In this document: positions 25,919-28,720 of the stretch, in pieces
Layout of the letters: each line of letters begins with the position of its first letter
Position numbering within the stretch: position 1 is the first letter of the stretch
Assembly (NCBI GenBank): GCA_046754105.1
Contig: JBHHVD010000038.1
Span: 1 to 28,720, forward strand
Origin: Candidatus Krumholzibacteriia bacterium
GTDB taxonomy: Bacteria; Krumholzibacteriota; Krumholzibacteriia; WVZY01
Direction of reading: 5' to 3'
Length of the DNA stretch: 28,720 bases
Position numbers and translations under genes: made by a program
The notes under the pieces: model-generated
What the model saw: only the letters and a program-made list of their open reading frames with translations
What the model was told of the DNA's origin: nothing
Database searches by the model: none

Positions 25919-28720
25919 TCAAGCGTTCGTCGTGCCGGCGATCCTCTCCTCGGCAAGGCCTTCCGGCGCCGCGTGGATGCCGGGCTTGCGCCCGATCATG
26001 ATAAAGAATCCTCCCTCCCGCTGGCCGGGCGCAAACACCTCGGCGGCCTGGACGAGAAAACGGTCCAGCGGTTTGCCACGCCCTTGAGGCTCGAACAGAC
26101 TCTCCCCACCCAACCCGTCGTCTTCGGTCCTCATCGCGGGCACACCCCGCACGAATTCGATTCCGGTCGTGTCGAACCACCGTAACACTTCACCGAACGT
26201 GTGCTTGGACTCGTGCGGATGCCGGTACTGGTCTGCGAACCACGCGCGGCGTTTGTCCTTGCTCAATCCCTGCCTGCGCAGAATCGGGTCGATCCATTTC
26301 GCCCGCCCCGCCGTCAGCCGGAACAGCTGCCGCCTGGAGTCGGTAAACAGGCGCCCGTACGTGTTGTAGAGCCCGATTACGATATGCCCGCCGGGCTTGA
26401 CCAGCGTTACCAGTTGTTCGAAGCCGCCGAACGGGTCGGCCGTGTGGTGCAGCACGCCGTTGCACAGGACCACGTCGAACTGCCCGGGTTTGAACGCCGG
26501 TCGAAACAGGTTCATCTGCACGAAGCGCACGCGGGAGAGTGCGTGCTCCTCCCGGAAGGTCTCACCGAGCCGGAGCGAATTCAAACACATATCCGTGGCC
26601 ACGACCTGCCGGCAAGACATGCCGAGATAATTGGCCAGCTGGCCGGTGCCGCAGCCCACTTCCAGCACGTCGCTATTATAGGGAATCGCCTCATCGAGCC
26701 GCCGGGCGTACACACCCCGCCGCGATTTCTCGATCAACGACCGGACCGAGTCGTGATCGTCATAGTTCGGAAAAGGCGTCTCTTCGTAGAACGCCTTTAC
26801 GATCTCGGTCACGTCGCGTGGGTCATCGATCTCTTCGTGCGGCCAGAATAGCTGGGGAATGTTGTCGATCATATCGAATGTGTGCCCGCAGCTCTCACAG
26901 CGCATCGCCTCGCCGGTGGGTGCGAGCACGGCGCGGCAGCACGGGCTGGTGAGTTTGCCGGCAAGCGCTTCACCCGAATCGCCGTCCGCGCCCACGCTGA
27001 CCATCGCGGGCTGTTCGGCCTTGGCGAGCACGTACCTTCCCATACACAAAAAATCGATATCGGAGGCCATGAACGTCATGTACGCGTCTCGCGGCGATTC
27101 GACGATCGGGTCCCACCCGAGATTGAAGCTCGTATTCACCATGACGGGACATCCGGTCTTCCCGTGAAATCTCTTCATCAACCGGTACAAGAGCGGGTTT
27201 CGCGTCTCATCGACGGTCTGGACCCGCGCCGAGTAGTCAACGTGGGTGATCGCGGGCACGGTCGAGCGCGTTTGTTTGAGCCGGTCGATGCCCTTCGCGT
27301 CCACCAGCTCGGGGGGGATGGGCAGGCGTTTCTCGTCTCGTACGGGGGCGACGAGCAACATGTACGGGCTGTCTTGTTCCGGTGTGATACCGAAGTACTC
27401 GTGAGCGTGCTCCTCCAGCACGATGGGCGCGAACGGCCGGAATCCCTCGCGGAATTTCACCTTTAGATTGATCGTGGACTGCATCTCGGGTTGGCGCGCG
27501 TCTCCGAGTATGCTCCGCGAGCCAAGCGCCCGCGGCCCGAATTCCATCCGGCCCTGAAACCACCCGACGACTTTGCCGCGGGATATCTCTTCGGCGATCC
27601 GCTCACAGAGCACCTCATCACTGCCCATGACTTCGTAGGCGGCGTTCGTTCCATCGAGAAACGATTCGATTTCGTCTGCACCGTATTCCGCGCCGAGCAG
27701 CGAGCCCGACTGTCGATCCGGCGTGCGGACCTCGCGGGCGTTGTCCAGTAGTTGATACCAGATGAGGAGTGCCACGCCCAGAGCGCCGCCGGCGTCACCG
27801 GCCGCCGGTTGAATCCAGATGCGATCGAAGGGGCCCTCGCGGAGGATACGGCCGTTGCCCACACAGTTCAGTGCCACCCCTCCCGCCAGGCACAGGTTCT
27901 TCGACCCGGTCTCTCGGTGCACGTGGTGCGCGGATCGAAGCATGATTTCTTCCGTTACCTTCTGGATCGACGCCGCAATGTCCATATCGCGTGTTGTCAG
28001 GTCCGATTCCGGCTCGCGGGGAGGCCCGCCGAAGAGACGGTGGAATTTTTCCGATGTCATCGTCAGGCCCTGGCAGTAATTGAAGTACGACATGTCCAGG
28101 CGAAACGATCCGTCTTCCTTGAGATCGAGCAGGTTTTCCAGGATGAGATCGACGTAGGTGGGCTCGCCGTACGGCGCCAGCCCCATGAGCTTGTACTCGC
28201 CGCTGTTGACTCTGAAACCGCCGTAGTAGGTAAATGCGGAATACAGGAGCCCGATCGAATGGGGAAACCGCATCTCGTGCGTCAGCTCGACCCGGTTACC
28301 GCGTCCTGCGCCCCATGCCGCCGTAGCCCATTCCCCCACGCCGTCGAGTGTCAGCACGGCCGCCTCCTCGAATGGAGAAGGAAAGAATGCGCTGGCCGCA
28401 TGCGACTCGTGATGCTCCGTAAAAAGGTAGCGCTTCTTGAAGGCACCCTTCAGCCCGCGGTTCATCTCGCGCGGCAGGTGCAGCTTCTTCTTCAGCCACA
28501 GCGGCATCGCCTTGGCAAACGACCGGAAGCCCAACGGCGCGTACGAAAGGTAGGTCTCGAGCAGGCGGTCGAATTTCTGGAATGGCTTGTCATAGAAACC
28601 GACGTAGTCGAGCTGCTCGGGCGCGAGTCCCGCCTCACCGAGGCAGTAATCGATGGCGTGGAAGGGAAACTCGTGGTCGTGTTTCTTGCGGGTGAAGCGC
28701 TCCTCCTGGGCCGCGGCGAC
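25919..28720 (-). CDS. NodU/CmcH/SxtI-type carbamoyltransferase fused to a Trm112-like Zn-ribbon and a class I SAM methyltransferase (5'-truncated by window edge)
   Basis: Frame open to 28720 (VAAAQEERFTRKKHD); HHESHAASAF, DGVGE, EYKLMGLAPYG, GGVALNC, EFGPRALG, FRPFAP, NTSFN; then SPCC...CESC...IPQL; then VLEVGCGTG, FDVVLCNGVLHHT, LVKPGG. Confidence 0.93.
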   Translation of the reverse strand, partial: VAAAQEERFTRKKHDHEFPFHAIDYCLGEAGLAPEQLDYVGFYDKPFQKFDRLLETYLSYAPLGFRSFAKAMPLWLKKKLHLPREMNRGLKGAFKKRYLFTEHHESHAASAFFPSPFEEAAVLTLDGVGEWATAAWGAGRGNRVELTHEMRFPHSIGLLYSAFTYYGGFRVNSGEYKLMGLAPYGEPTYVDLILENLLDLKEDGSFRLDMSYFNYCQGLTMTSEKFHRLFGGPPREPESDLTTRDMDIAASIQKVTEEIMLRSAHHVHRETGSKNLCLAGGVALNCVGNGRILREGPFDRIWIQPAAGDAGGALGVALLIWYQLLDNAREVRTPDRQSGSLLGAEYGADEIESFLDGTNAAYEVMGSDEVLCERIAEEISRGKVVGWFQGRMEFGPRALGSRSILGDARQPEMQSTINLKVKFREGFRPFAPIVLEEHAHEYFGITPEQDSPYMLLVAPVRDEKRLPIPPELVDAKGIDRLKQTRSTVPAITHVDYSARVQTVDETRNPLLYRLMKRFHGKTGCPVMVNTSFNLGWDPIVESPRDAYMTFMASDIDFLCMGRYVLAKAEQPAMVSVGADGDSGEALAGKLTSPCCRAVLAPTGEAMRCESCGHTFDMIDNIPQLFWPHEEIDDPRDVTEIVKAFYEETPFPNYDDHDSVRSLIEKSRRGVYARRLDEAIPYNSDVLEVGCGTGQLANYLGMSCRQVVATDMCLNSLRLGETFREEHALSRVRFVQMNLFRPAFKPGQFDVVLCNGVLHHTADPFGGFEQLVTLVKPGGHIVIGLYNTYGRLFTDSRRQLFRLTAGRAKWIDPILRRQGLSKDKRRAWFADQYRHPHESKHTFGEVLRWFDTTGIEFVRGVPAMRTEDDGLGGESLFEPQGRGKPLDRFLVQAAEVFAPGQREGGFFIMIGRKPGIHAAPEGLAEERIAGTTNA

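Noticed and set aside
25208..28720. Saxitoxin biosynthesis cluster
   Set aside because: Only sxtI/J/K-like genes are present, with no sxtA, sxtG or sxtB; the neighbours are glycan genes.
1..28720. CRISPR array, tRNA/rRNA, transposase, integrase, prophage, selenocysteine read-through
   Set aside because: No repeat-spacer periodicity, RNA gene or mobile-element protein was seen by eye. The TGA stops checked fall at expected protein ends. No covariance search was run.

Overview
GC-rich bacterial chromosomal window; the taxon cannot be fixed from sequence alone. Left to right: the 3' end of an AsnB-type amidotransferase, pepT, a gene remnant, a membrane protein, an enoyl-CoA hydratase, a TfoX-N protein, an 8-gene SUF Fe-S operon (sufBCDSU, sufT, a bacilliredoxin, a conserved GCSID-motif protein), a HAD phosphatase/LOG pair, an ECF sigma/zf-HC2 anti-sigma pair, and a rhodanese/MauE-DoxX pair. 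The right 13 kb is a minus-strand cell-surface glycan locus and the best candidate for a new system. It encodes a NodU/CmcH/SxtI-type carbamoyltransferase fused to a Zn-ribbon and a SAM methyltransferase, SxtJ-like and SxtK-like membrane proteins, an embedded CAD/fungal-like carbamoyl-phosphate synthetase (carAB), a heparinase II/III-family protein, a GT4 and an AlgD-like dehydrogenase. I infer a self-supplied polysaccharide carbamoylation (plus methylation) system; its SxtK-like peptide ends in a DltX-like Tyr motif (LIYTLF). Two intergenic stem-loops with C-rich anti-Shine-Dalgarno loops look like unannotated sRNAs. One sits behind a Fur-like palindrome upstream of suf; the other sits behind an ECF-type promoter and has 9-nt complementarity to the sufB RBS. 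All family calls come from recognising motifs by eye; no searches were run.
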